Shown one piece after another: positions 38,956-51,030 of a stretch of DNA of 64,000 nt (the stretch's first letter is position 1; each line of letters starts with the position of its first letter). The stretch spans positions 3,037,649 to 3,101,648 of the forward strand of contig NC_057754.1 of the NCBI RefSeq assembly GCF_004010195.1. Reading direction: 5' to 3'. The DNA comes from Chiloscyllium plagiosum. Taxonomy: Eukaryota. Made by a program: the position numbers and the translations under genes. The notes below the pieces were generated by a model that did not search any database, had not been told where the DNA came from, and was given only the letters and a program-made list of their open reading frames with translations.

Positions 38956-40269
38956 TGGAACCACACGTAGACCAGACCAAATAAGGGTGGCAGATCTCCT
39001 TTCCTAAAGGGTATGTCTGACAATCAAACAATGGATTCATTAGCCTCTTAATTCCAGATTTCTTTTGAATTAAAATTCCTCCATCTGCCATGGCAGGATT
39101 CAAATCAAGGTCCCCCTGGGTGTCTGGACTAACAGTCCAGAGATAATACCAGTAGGCGTCACCTCCCCTCAATGTAAATGAGTTTGAGACAGTTAAGAGG
39201 ATGTTTCTTGGAATGACTGGGTTGTCTTATTCTGAAAGGTTGGACAGACTGGGTTAGTTTCCACTGGAATTCAGAAGAACAAGGGACGATTTGATTGAAG
39301 TCTATAAGACTCACAAGGTAACACAACCCATTGTTATTCACTAACAATCCCTACTAACAGCTACCCACTCCTTTATCTGTCCGACTGCTCTTCTCTCACT
39401 GGGCTCTATCCCCATCTACCATTTATTCCTCACCACCCTACCTTCTGCATAAAAACCAACATTTTCCGTGCTACCATCAGTTCTGAGGAAGCATCACCGG
39501 ACCTGAAACGCTAACTCTGATTTCTCTCCACAGATTCTGCCAGACCTGCTGAACCTTTGCAGCAACTTCTGATTTTGTTTCGGATTCTGCAGTTCTGTTG
39601 GTGTTTGTAAGATCCTGAATAGTCCTGACAATGTGAATGTGGGAAAGATGTTTGAGTCAGTCCAGAACCAGGGGGCACTGTTTTAACATTTTGGGGAAGT
39701 GGCGGGGGGGGGTGGGTGGGTGGTGTGGCTGGGTCACTGAGTCAAGACAAAGATGAGGAGAATTATTTTCTCTAAGAAAAGTTTAACAATTTTGGAGTTC
39801 CTACTCAGAAGACATTAGAGGCAGAAACATTTGATACTTTTAAGGTGGAAGTAAATATGTTCTTAATGGCAGGGGATCAAGAATTAATGGGGGGACGGGG
39901 CAATAGGCAAGGGAAATGTGAAACAAGTAGAGTTGAAGAGCAAAATGGTCCTAGATCATAGATTTATACGATATATATGCCTGAATAAACAAGACTAAAA
40001 CTGGTGATCTGGGTCATTTACAACTATGGGAGCTTGCTAGATGTGAAATGGGCTGCTATGGTTCACATAGAAACCATATTTCAAAAGAAGGAAGAAGGGA
40101 ATCCAATGACTGTAAAATTCTGTCAAATCTCTGGAGGAAGTGAGAGATGCTATCGCAATGAATAACCTGTCTGGATCATCCATCGTACCATTTTGCTAAC
40201 GATAGTGGATAGTAAAATGCTTGCTTTGTTGCTACTCCTGGGGTCATTTCATATTGTGCGATTTTCTTA

Positions 40270-40568
40270 TATGATTAGATTCTCTACAGTGTGGAAAGAG
40301 GCCCATTCAGCCCAACCAGTCCACACTGACCCGCCAGGGAGTAACCCACCCAGACCCGTTTCCCTCTGAATGAAGCACCTAACACTACGGGCAATTTAGC
40401 ACAGGCAACCGACCGACCTGCACATCTTTGGATTGTGGGAGGAAACTGGAGCACCCGGAGGAAACCCACACAGACACGGGGAGAATGTGCAAACTCCACA
40501 CAGACAGTCGCCCGAACCTGGGACCCTGGTGAGGCACCCATGGTAACCACTGAGCCACCGTGCCACCC
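40270..40568 (-). mobile_element. HE1 SINE
   Basis: Head, core and tail recognisable. Confidence 0.9.
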
Positions 40569-41063
40569 TTATGTGAGACCGAACGAGAATGGGAACTACT
40601 GCATTATTATCAGAACTGATGGTATATCTGTTGCCCTTTCCCTGCTCCATGGTAGAGGACTTGGGTTTTGGAAGGTACTGCCTGAGGATCTTTGGTGAGT
40701 TTCTGCAGTGTATCTTGTTGATGGTATACACTGTTGCTACTGAGCGTCGGGGGGGGGGGGTGGTGGATGTTTCTGGATGTGGTGCCAATCGAGCGGGGGC
40801 TGCTTTGTCCCTGGACGGTGTCGAGCTTCTTGAGTGTTGTTGGAGCTGCCCCCATCCAGGGGCAAGTGGGGAGTGTTCCCTCACCCTCCTGACTCGTGCC
40901 TTTGTAGATGGTGGGACGGGCTTTCGGGAGTCAGGAGGTGAGTTACTCGCTTCTGGCCAATGGTAAATGGGGTAAGGGACTTAAAGAGGATGATAACGGA
41001 GTCCTCCTTGAACAGTGTGCTAAGGGGTGGTGGGAAGATGAAATCTGGGAGTTTGTGAAAGAC

Positions 41064-41392
41064 AGTCCTCCCAGCCTCCAGGTGGCGACAGTAGGACGGT
41101 GGAGCGTCTGGGAAGAAATGAGAGTGCATGTGAAGTAGTCCTCCCAGCCTCCAGGTGGCGACAAGTAGGACGGTGGAGCTTCTGAGAAGAAATGAGAGTG
41201 CATGTGAAGTAGTCCTCCCAGCCTCCAGGTGGCGACAGTAGGACGGTGGAGCTTCTGGGAAGAAATGAGAGTGCATGTGAAGTAGTCCTCCCAGCCTCCA
41301 GGTGGCGCGGTGGTGGGGGGGGAGCTCAGTGCAACTCTGGGAATAAAGGAAGTTGCATGCGAGAGAGTCCTCCCAGCCTCCAGGTGGCAATA
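41064..41392 (+). repeat. 73-bp tandem repeat, 5 units, each with a CTCF-like motif GCCTCCAGGTGGC(G/A)
   Basis: Motif starts at 41074, 41147, 41221, 41294 and 41376. Confidence 0.85.
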
Positions 41393-41399
41393 GGGGGAA

Positions 41400-42060
41400 C
41401 TTGTTTGTTCAGGCGTCAAACGTCCTTGGCGTTGCCATGGCAAAAGCGGCGCGAATCTCGCGAGACAGGGTGGCATTTCCGGTCCGGCCGCGGGGGGAAG
41501 AGAGCGTGGTCTGCGCCTGCGCATCGGCTCGTGGTGGGGGTGTGCGGGTGAACGGAACCAAAGGCGACGCTGCGTTTAGAAGGTTTTTTTTTCTCTGGAG
41601 AAGAAGGGGCGCCTCTTCGGGCTGTACTGAGTGAGACCGTGTGGGGCGGAGAGAAGGAGAAGCGGGTCCGGGACCTCGGGTGAACTGGGCCTTTCGCCGC
41701 CCGCCTCTTTTCGGTTTTTTTTTGTGTGTGTGTGTCACCCCGGCAGCGGTTCGCGGGGAACAGCCAATGGCAGGGCAGCCGGAGCATTGAGTGACGGCCG
41801 GTCTGACCAATCGGCAGTAGGATCACCGCCATGTGTGACAGTTAGATCAGCCAATCAACAGCCGGGTGCAGGTTGAGTGACGGCACATCCAGCCAATCGG
41901 AGGCTGTCGCGGACTGAGTGACGGTCGGATTGGCCAATCTACAGCGGGGCTGGGTCTGTGTGGCCGCCTGCCCCTCAAGGGGACGGTGATCATTGGCAGG
42001 TTGGCTATGAGTCTCCAGCCAATCAGCGAATTGAGTGAGTGGGTCTTTCTTAATTGTTTT
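41400..42060. promoter_or_regulatory. CpG-island promoter, probably shared by the divergent PLD3-like (-) and ZBTB3 (+) genes
   Basis: CpG-dense; RFX X-box GTTGCCATGGCAA 41431, E2F GGCGCGAA 41448, TCTCGCGAGA 41456, ETS ATTTCCGG 41475, NRF1 TGCGCCTGCGCA 41512, ~7 CCAAT/ATTGG boxes 41760-42025. Confidence 0.85.
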
Positions 42061-42079
42061 CGAGCCTCCAATAGAGAGA

Positions 42080-42870
42080 GGGGTAACTAACTGGCCAATC
42101 AGGCTCTCTCAGGGGGTAACTAACTGGCCAATCAGGCTCTCTCAGGGGGTAACTAACTGGCCAATCAGGCTCTCTCAGGGGGTAACTAACTGGCCAATCA
42201 GGCTCTCTCAGGGGTAACTAACTGGCCAATCAGGCTCTCTCAGGGGGTAACTAACTGGCCAATCAGGCTCTCTCGGGGGTAACTAACTGGCCAATCAGGC
42301 TCTCTCGGGGGTAACTAACTGGCCAATCAGCCTCTCTCTCAGGGTAACTAACTGGCCAATCAGGCTCTCTCGGGGGTAACTAACTGGCCAATCAGGCTCT
42401 CTCAGGGGTAACTAACTGGCCAATCAGGCTCTCTCAGGGGGTAACTAACTGGCCAATCAGGCTCTCTCAGGTGTAACTAACTGGCCAATCAGCCTCTCTC
42501 TCAGGGTAACTAACTGGCCAATCAGGCTCTCTCTCGGGGTAACTAACTGGCCAATCAGGCTCTCTCGGGGGTAACTAACTGGCCAATCAGCCTCTCTCAG
42601 GGGGTAACTAACTGGCCGATCAGCCCCTCTCAGGGGGTAACTAACTGGCCGATCAGCCCCTCTCAGGGGGCTACTGACTGACCAATCACTTCTTCCCAGG
42701 AGGTAAGGAGCTAGCCAATCCATTCCTCCGGGGGGAGGGTAGCTAACTGGCCAATCAACCCCTCTCATGGGGGAACTAACTGACTAATCACTTCTTCCTA
42801 GGGGGATAATTAACTGGCCAATCAGTTCCTCTCAAAGGATAACTAAGTAATTGGCCAATCAGTTCATTCA
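42080..42870 (+). repeat. 32-33-bp tandem array GGGGGTAACTAACTGGCCAATCAGGCTCTCTCA, ~24 units
   Basis: ~16 near-perfect units followed by progressively degenerate ones. Confidence 0.95.
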
Positions 42871-42871
42871 G

Positions 42872-43075
42872 AGCTGAAAAATGTGTTGCTGGAAAAGCGC
42901 AGTAGGTCAGGCAGCATCCAAGGAGCAGGGGAATCGACGTTTCGGGCATAAGCCCTTCTTCAGGAATCTGCCCGAAACATTGATTCTCCTGCTCCTTGGA
43001 CGCTGCCTGACCTGCGCTTTTCCACCAACACATTTTTCAGCTCTGATCTCCAGCATCTGCAGTCCTCACTTTCTC
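42872..43075. mobile_element. Palindromic Penelope-derived short element with 17-bp TSD
   Basis: TSD CCAATCAGTTCATTCAG at 42855-42871 and 43076-43092; two inverted arms. Confidence 0.88.
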
Positions 43076-46000
43076 CCAATCAGTTCATTCAGTCAATAGG
43101 TAAAAGCTGGCCAATCAGCTCCTCTGAGCTAGCCTCCTCTCTGGGGAAGTGAGCCCCACAGAGATAGCAACCTCTGAGTCAGAAAGTTCCTCCCATGTCT
43201 TAAATGTGGGAGATCTTTTATTTAAACTGAGCCCTGTAGTTAGTGTCTCTGGCAGAACGGGATACATCATCTCAGCATCCACCTTGTCTAATTTCCTCAG
43301 GATCCTTTACGTCTTAATAGGATCAACTAATGGATCATGACCACATCTTTGGGTACCAGTTGAGGAAACCTCTTCTGATTGAGAAGAGGCAGTCCCAAAC
43401 TGAAGTGGTCCGGTCTCAAATGAGTTAAACAAAGTGAGAGACCATGGGAGCTAAACTCTGATGAAACACAAAATCAAATCTGGAATCTTTGACTCGGTCG
43501 GTAAAGGCATCAGGTTAAAAAGCATAAACACTGGTTGGTTCCCCAGCTAGCTCCTGTACCTTTGGAAGGATTTCAGGGCCTTGCAGAGGGTGAGGAGGAG
43601 TTTTACTGGAACTGGACCAGGGATGAGGGACTTTGATTCATACGGGAGACTGGAGATACTGGGATCATTCCCCACAGAGCAGAAAAGGTTTGGGGGAGAT
43701 TGAATTGAGGTGTTCAAAATCAGGAAGGTGTTTTGGTTGAGTGAATGAGGGAGAAACGGACACAGACTGAAGAGACTAGAGAAAATAACTCAAGGAGAAG
43801 ATGAGAATAATCTATTGTCACATATATCCAGGGAGATATGATAAAAAGTATTCTTTCACCGCAATCTGGCGCTGTTTTGAAGTAATAAAAGAATAAAAAG
43901 AAAGTAGAGTTCATCTTCATCTACTGGTGTCCCAAACACAGCTTCAGGACTTCTGCATAGTCCTGCTCCAGTCCTACCACATCCAGGAGTCCCCGCTTTA
44001 GGCACCAACTCTACCGAATGTATCCAGGCTCCAGGCCTACTGCAGCCAAGAGACCCTGCTTCTCCATCGCCATAGCCAATGCCCCATTACCATTCCAGGA
44101 GTTCACACATCAGGCTGATGAGCCAGGAGTCACTACTGACACTGCTCCAGCCAACCCGACTCCTGTGAAACAACCTTGAAGAAGAGGGTTGTTGTGATCT
44201 GGAACGGGTGCCGGGAGCAGATTCAACAGGGACTTTCGAAAGGGGAAGTCAGACAAATACATGAAAAAGACAGATCTATCAGGACTATGGGGCTGAGTGG
44301 GTTTAATTGGACAGATCTGTCAAAGAGCTAAAGGGCTCTTTTCTAACCTATATTTATTGTCTCTGGGGTGTAGTGTTCAGCCATCAATGTCAGACAGTCA
44401 TGATAAAAGCAATTGGGAATCCGGGAGAAACCTCACCCAGACAATGGAGGAGTTGAGGCAAATTGAACTGACATATTTAAGGAGGAAGCTGTATAAACAA
44501 CATGAGACTGGAGGAATAGGTTAGGATGATGGGGGGGGGGGGATGGTGATTCTGGAGTTGAAGAGGGCTGGGAGGAGGCTGTTGTTTAGCAGGAATACCA
44601 GCATGGAAGATGGGTTTGGAAAGGATTAAATTCCAAGAATGAGTTGCACAGATTGAGCTTATGTTTTCTTGAGCGTAGAAGATTTAGGAGGCCATACAGT
44701 AACACAGCATGGAAACAGACCCTTCAGCCCAACTCGTCCATGCTGACCAGTTCTCCTAAACCGAATTAGTCCCATTTGCCTACGTTTGGCCCCTTATCCC
44801 TCTAAACCTTTCCTATTCATGCAGCTGTCCAAATGTCTTTTAAATGTAGTACCCAGATCTTATCACTTCTTTCTTCAATTGGGTCAAGCTACTTGAGGAT
44901 TTTAAGATGATTAAAGCATTCAATGAGGTTGATAGAAATTATTTCCGAAGGTGGAGAAGAGCCATCAAATTCAGACAAACATATGAACGAGGACAAGTCA
45001 TCAGTTTAGCCCCTCGAGCACGTTCATAATTCAATAAGATCACAGCTGACCTGATTGTAACCTCAAATCTACATTAACCCCTGACCCTGATAACCTTTCA
45101 ACCCAATGCTGATTAAGATCTAATTGCATAGCTGTTGAAATTGTTCAAGGACTCTGCTTCCGCCACCTACTCTGAAATCCAAAGGTGTGCAGGTTAGGTG
45201 GATTGGCCATGGGAAATGCAAGGTTACAGGGACAGGTTGGGGGGTGGGGGGTTGGTGGGATGCTCTTTGGAGGGTCAATGTGGACTCGAGGGCCGAATGG
45301 CCTGCTCCCGCACTGTAGGGGTGATTCTATGATATTCAGGAATTGACTGCCAAAGAATCTCAATCCTCTGAGAGAAAAGAATTTTGCCCCTCCTCTCTTT
45401 TAAATGTATGACTGCTGATTTTTAAAATAATAACCCTCCGTTCTACATTCTCCCATGAGAGGAAACATCCCCTCCACCTCCATCCTGTCAAAACACCTCA
45501 GGCTCTTACATGTTTCAATCAATTTGCCTCTTACTCTTCTCAACTTCAATAGATATGAGCCTAACCTGTTCAACCTTGTCTTATAAAAAAAGAACCTGCC
45601 TATTCCCAGTATTAATTGAGTAAATGTCTGAAATGCCTCCAATACATTGTCATCCATCATTAAATAAGGAGACCAGTATTGTACACGGTATCCCAGGTGT
45701 GGTCTCTCCAATGCTCTGTACAGCTGAACAAAACCCCTCTATTTTTGTCACAATAAATGATAATGTTTTATTAGCTTTCTGAATTACTTGCTATCCCTGG
45801 ATACTTCTAAGATTCATGCACTGGACACCCAGATCCCTCTGCATCTCAAAGCATCCATCTTTGTTTCTTCAACAAATTTAGTATCAATACCTTAGGTCTC
45901 TTCATCAAAGTCATTATGTGGGTTCTAAATAGTTGAAGTCCCAATGATGACTCCTGCAGCACACAATTTGCTTCATCTTGCCGATCTGAAAAAAACCCAG

Positions 46001-46154
46001 TTATGCCTACTGTATTCTGCCTTCCAGCCACTTCTGTCTCCATGCTGAAATATTACCCCAATACCATGAACTTGTATTATCATCAAACATTTTTGATTTG
46101 ACACATCACCAGCTGCCTTCTGGAAATCCTCTTCATCCATAGCACATATTTCCT

Positions 46155-48970
46155 CCTTCAACTTCCCCAGTATTGACTGGGAATACTATAGTTCAAGTAG
46201 TTAGATGGGTCAGTTTTTGTTCAACGTGTGCAGGAGGGTTTTCTGACACCATATGTAGACAGGCCAACAAGGGGAGATATCATATTGGATTTGGTACTGG
46301 GGAATGAACCCAGTCAGGTGTTAGATTTGGAGGTAGGTGAGCACTTTGGTGATAGTGACCACAATTCGGTTATGTTTACAATAGCAATGGGCAGGGTTAG
46401 GTATAAACCGTAGGGAAAGAGGTATAACTGGGGGAAAGGCAATTATGAAGCGAGGAGGCAAGATTTAAGATGCATAGGATGGGGATGGACACTGCAGGGG
46501 ATGGACACTCTTGAAATGTGGAGCTTATTCAAGGAACAACTACTGCGGGTCCTTGATAAGTATATACCTATCAGGCAGGGAGGTAGCTGTTGAGAGAGGG
46601 AGCCATGTTTTACTGAAGACATTAAAGCTCTTGTCAAGAGGAAGACTCATATGAGGATGAGGTGAGACTTATAGGTTAGCCAGAAAAGACCTAAAGAGAG
46701 CGCTAAGAAGAGCCAGGAGGAGACATGAGAAGTTGTTGGCGGAAAACCCTAAGGCCTTCTATAGGTGTATCAGGAATAAAAGAATGACTAGAGTAAGATT
46801 AGGTCCAATCAAAGATAGTTGTGGAAGTTATGTGTAGAATCTGAGGACATAGGGGAAGTGCTTAATGAATACTTTTTGTCAGGATTCACATTGGAAAAGG
46901 GCAATGTTAGTGAGAATCCGGAGATACAGGCGACAGGATTAGATGGGATTGAGGTCGACAAAGAAGAGGTTTTAGCAATTTTGGAAGATCTGAAAATAGG
47001 TAAGTCCCCAGGGCCAGATGGGATTTATCCTCGGATTCTCTGGGAAGCCAGGGAGGAAATTGCCGAGCCTTTGGCTTCGATCTTTATATCATCATTGTTA
47101 ACAGGAGTAGTGCCGGAAGACTGGAGGATAGCAAATGTTGTTCCCTTGTTTGGGAAGGGGAGTCGGGACAACCCTGGGAATTATAGGCCAGTCAGCTTTC
47201 CTTAAGTTGTGGGTAAGGTGTTGGAAAAGATTATAAGAGATAGGATGTATAATCATCTGGAAAGGAATAATTTGATTAGGGATAGTCAACACGGTTTTGT
47301 GAAGGGTAAGCCATGCCTCACTAACCTTTATTGAGTTCTTTGAGAAGATGACAAAACAAGTGGATGAAGGTAAGCTGGTTGATGTGACGTATATGGACTT
47401 CAGTAAGGTGTTTGATAAGGTTCCACACAATAGGCTATCACACAAAATACAGAGTTTTGGGATTGAAGGCGATCTAGCGGTTTGGATCAGAAATTGGCTA
47501 GCTGAGAGAGGACAGAGGGGGTGGTTGATGGGAAATGTTCATTCTGGAGCTCAGTTACCAGTGGTATGCCGCAAGCATCTGTTTTGAGACCACTGCTGTT
47601 TGTCATTTTTATAAATGATCCGGAGGTGAGTGTAGAAGGGTGGGTTGATAAATTTGCGGATGACTCTAAGGTAGGCAGAGTTGTAGATAGTGCTGAAGGA
47701 TGTTATGGGTTACGCAGGACATAGATAAGATGCAGAGCTGGGCAGAGAAATGGCAAATAGAGTTTAATGTGGAAAAGTGTGAGGTAGTTCACTTCAGAAG
47801 AAGTAACAGAAATGTAGAGTACTGGGCTAATGGTAAAACTCTTGGCAGTGTAGATGAACAGAGAGATCTCTGTGTCCAGCTGCATAAGTCCCTGAAAGTT
47901 GCCACCCGGGTTGACAGGGTTGTTAAGAAGGTATGTGGTGTGTTGGTGTTTTTTGGTAGGGAGATTTGAGTTTCCGAGCCACGAGGTCATGGTTCAGCTG
48001 TACAAGATGCTGATAAGGCCCCATCTGGAGTATTGCGTGCAGTTCTGGTCAACGCATTATAGGAAGGATGTGGAAGCTTGGGAAAGGGTTCAGAGGAGAT
48101 TTACTGGGATGTTGCCTGGTATGGAGGGAAGGCTGTATGAGGAAAGGCTGAGGGAACTGAGGCTGTTTTCGTTATAGAGAAGAACATTGAGAGGTGACTT
48201 AATTGTTGTGGTTCTGTTCGCCGAGCTGGAAGTTTTTGTTGCAAACGTTTCGTCCCCTGGCTAGGCGACATCATCAGTGCTTGGGAGCCTCCTGCGAAGC
48301 GCTTCTTTGATGTTTCCTCCGATGTTTATAGTGGTCTGTCCCTGCCGCTTCCGGTTGACGCACGCAGACAACAAGAACATGAATTCGACTGGGACAACAC
48401 TACCATCATAGGGCAAGCCAGACAGAGAAAACCCAGGGAATTCCTAAAGGCATGGCAACCACCCACAAACTCCATCAACAAACACATAGACCTGGACCCA
48501 ATATACCAACCACGACAGGTTATGAGTCCTAGGGGTCGCAGTAGTCTGGCTGTCAGTTCCGAGATGCTCCTGATGTATGGTAGTGTGGCTAGTCCTTTTA
48601 GTTGTGGTTGTGCTACAAATCTTCGCACAAACCTTGAGGTGACTTAATTGATACGTCAGATAGGGTGGACAGTGAGAGCCTTTTTTCTTGGATGGTGAAG
48701 GCTAACACGAGGGGACAGAGCATTAAAATGAGGGGTGATAGATTTAGGACAGATATCAGGGGTAGTTTTTTTTTACCCAGAGTAGCAGAGACGTAGAACA
48801 AACTGCCTGCAACAGTAGTAGACTCACCGATGTTGAGGGCATTTAAATGGGCATTGAACATACATATAGATAATAATGGAATGGAGTAGGTTAGATGGGC
48901 ATCGGATTAATTTTGTAGGTCGGTGCAGCAGCGAGGGCCAAAGGGCCTGTACTGAGCTGTAGCGCTCTGT
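46155..48970 (+). mobile_element. Long degenerate CR1 LINE ORF2 (endonuclease C-term, RT, 3' tail)
   Basis: LDLVLGNE, SDHN, KSPGPDGIYPRIL, NYRPVS, YMDFSKVFDKVPH, FADD, HLEYCVQFWS; many frameshifts. Confidence 0.95.
48206..48635. mobile_element. Rearranged Penelope fragment inserted in CR1 with 15-bp TSD
   Basis: TSD GAGGTGACTTAATTG at 48191-48205 and 48636-48650; ATLPYIRSISELTARLLRPLG (-) and SINKHIDL (+). Confidence 0.9.
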
Positions 48971-49324
48971 GTAAATAACTCTAATGGTGTGGTTGAACGT
49001 GATTTCCTTTCACAAAACTGTGTTGACTCTGCCTGATTATCTTCAGTTTACCTAAGTGCCCTACTAAACCTTTTGTTTGGTAGCTTCTAACATTTTCTCT
49101 ACAGCAAGTCTAACTGGCCTGTAGTTTCCTGCTTTCTGTCTCCCTTCCTTTCTGAATAAAGGAATTACACACGTTACTTTGCAATCTAATGGGAATTTTG
49201 GAAATTTAAAACCAATGCCTGAACTATCTCACATGCCAATTCTTTTAAGACCTTAGGTTGAAGTCCATTAGGACTTGGGCATTTTCACTCTGTTGCTCCA
49301 ACAATTTACTCAGTACCACATCTC

Positions 49325-51030
49325 TGGTCATATAGCCACATAGCACGAAACAGACCCTTCGATCCCATCAGGAGAAATTGAGGACTGCAGATGCTGGAGA
49401 GCAGAGTCAAGAGTGTAGTGCTGGAAAAGCACAGCAGGTCAGGCAGCATCTGAGGAGCTGGAGAATTGACGTTTCGGGCATAAGCCATTCCTGCTGAAGG
49501 GCTTATGCCTGAAGTACTGATTCTCCTGCCCCTTGGATGCTGCCTGACCTGCTGTGCTTTTCCAGCACCACACTCTCGACTCTAATCCAACTAGTCCGTG
49601 CCGAACATAATTCTGAACTAAACTAGTCCCACCTGTCTGCTCCTGGAGCATATCCCTACAAACCCTTTCCTATTCATGTCCTTATCCAAGTTTCTTTTAA
49701 ATGTTGTAACTGTGCCCGCATCCACCACTTTCTCTGGAAGTTCATTTCAAATGCGAGTCACCCTCTTTGTTAAAAAAAATTGCCCCCATGTCTTTTAATC
49801 TCTCTCCTCTCACCTTAAAAATATGCTCTATAGTCTTGAAATCCCTGACCCTACAGAAAAGGCGCCTACCATTAACCCGATCTATATCCCTCATGATTTT
49901 ATAAATCTCTATAAGGTCACCCTTTAACCTCCTATGCTCCAGTAAAAAAAGGCCTGTCCAGCTTTGCTTTATAACTCAAACCTTCCATACCTGGCAACAT
50001 CCTGGTAAGTCTCTTCTGAACCCTCTCCAGCTTAATCATATCCTTCCTATAACAGGGCGACCAGAACTGGATACAATACTCCAGAGAAGAGGCCTCATCA
50101 ATGTCCTGTCCAACCCTAAGTTCGGTACCCATAGGGAGGGCCTCAACCGGGACCTTGGGTTCATGTCACATTACAGGTGATCACCATTGCACTACACACA
50201 CACACAGATATTCCTACACACACACACACACACACACTCTCACATACACACGGACACAGATACACACAGACACCCACACACACCCTTATGGACACACACA
50301 CACTCCCACACATGCACACCCTCACAGACTTAAGACAGTCTGCACTCACTATACACACGCACACTCACAACCCCCACCTCAGACAGACACATTCACACAC
50401 AGACAGACAAAGACCCACATGCACACCTATATTTTGTGTGCTGAATTTGTACTTGCAGAGTTACATTGCACTATGCTCAAAAACTGCATACATTCATGTA
50501 GAACTCTGNNNNNNNNNNNNNNNNNNNNNNNNNNNNNNNNNNNNNNNNNNNNNNNNNNNNNNNNNNNNNNNNNNNNNNNNNNNNNNNNNNNNNNNNNNNN
50601 NNNNNNNNNNNNNNNNNNNNNNNNNNNNNNNNNNNNNNNNNNNNNNNNCACTAGCCTCCACAATCACCTGATGAAGGAGCGTCGCTCCGAAAGCTAGTGC
50701 TTCCAATTAAACCTGTTGGACTATAACCTGGTGTTGTGTGATTTTTAACTTTGTACACCCCAGTCCAACACCGGCATCTCCAAATCCTGTCCAACCCTCA
50801 ACATGATGTCCCAACTCCTACACTCAAAGGACTGAGTAATGAAGGCAAGGGCGCTAAACATCTTTCTATATGTGACACAAACTTCAAAGAGTTACGTACA
50901 TGGTCCCTCTGTTCTACAACACCACCAATTTTGGTGTCATCTGCAAACTTACTAACCATGCCTTCTATATTCTCATTTATATAAATGATAAACAAAAGAG
51001 GACTCAGAATTGATCCCTGTGAGACACCGC
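49325..51030 (-). mobile_element. CR1 fragment carrying nested Penelope-derived insertions (49371-49582; 50118-50784)
   Basis: LEYCIQFWSP and SGVSQGSILSPLLF..FADD ORFs; TSD TCCTGTCCAACCCT at 50104-50117 and 50785-50798. Confidence 0.88.

Noticed and set aside
41064-42870. Repeat-spacer appearance suggesting a CRISPR array
   Set aside because: Vertebrate DNA, spacers are homologous to each other, and there are no cas genes.
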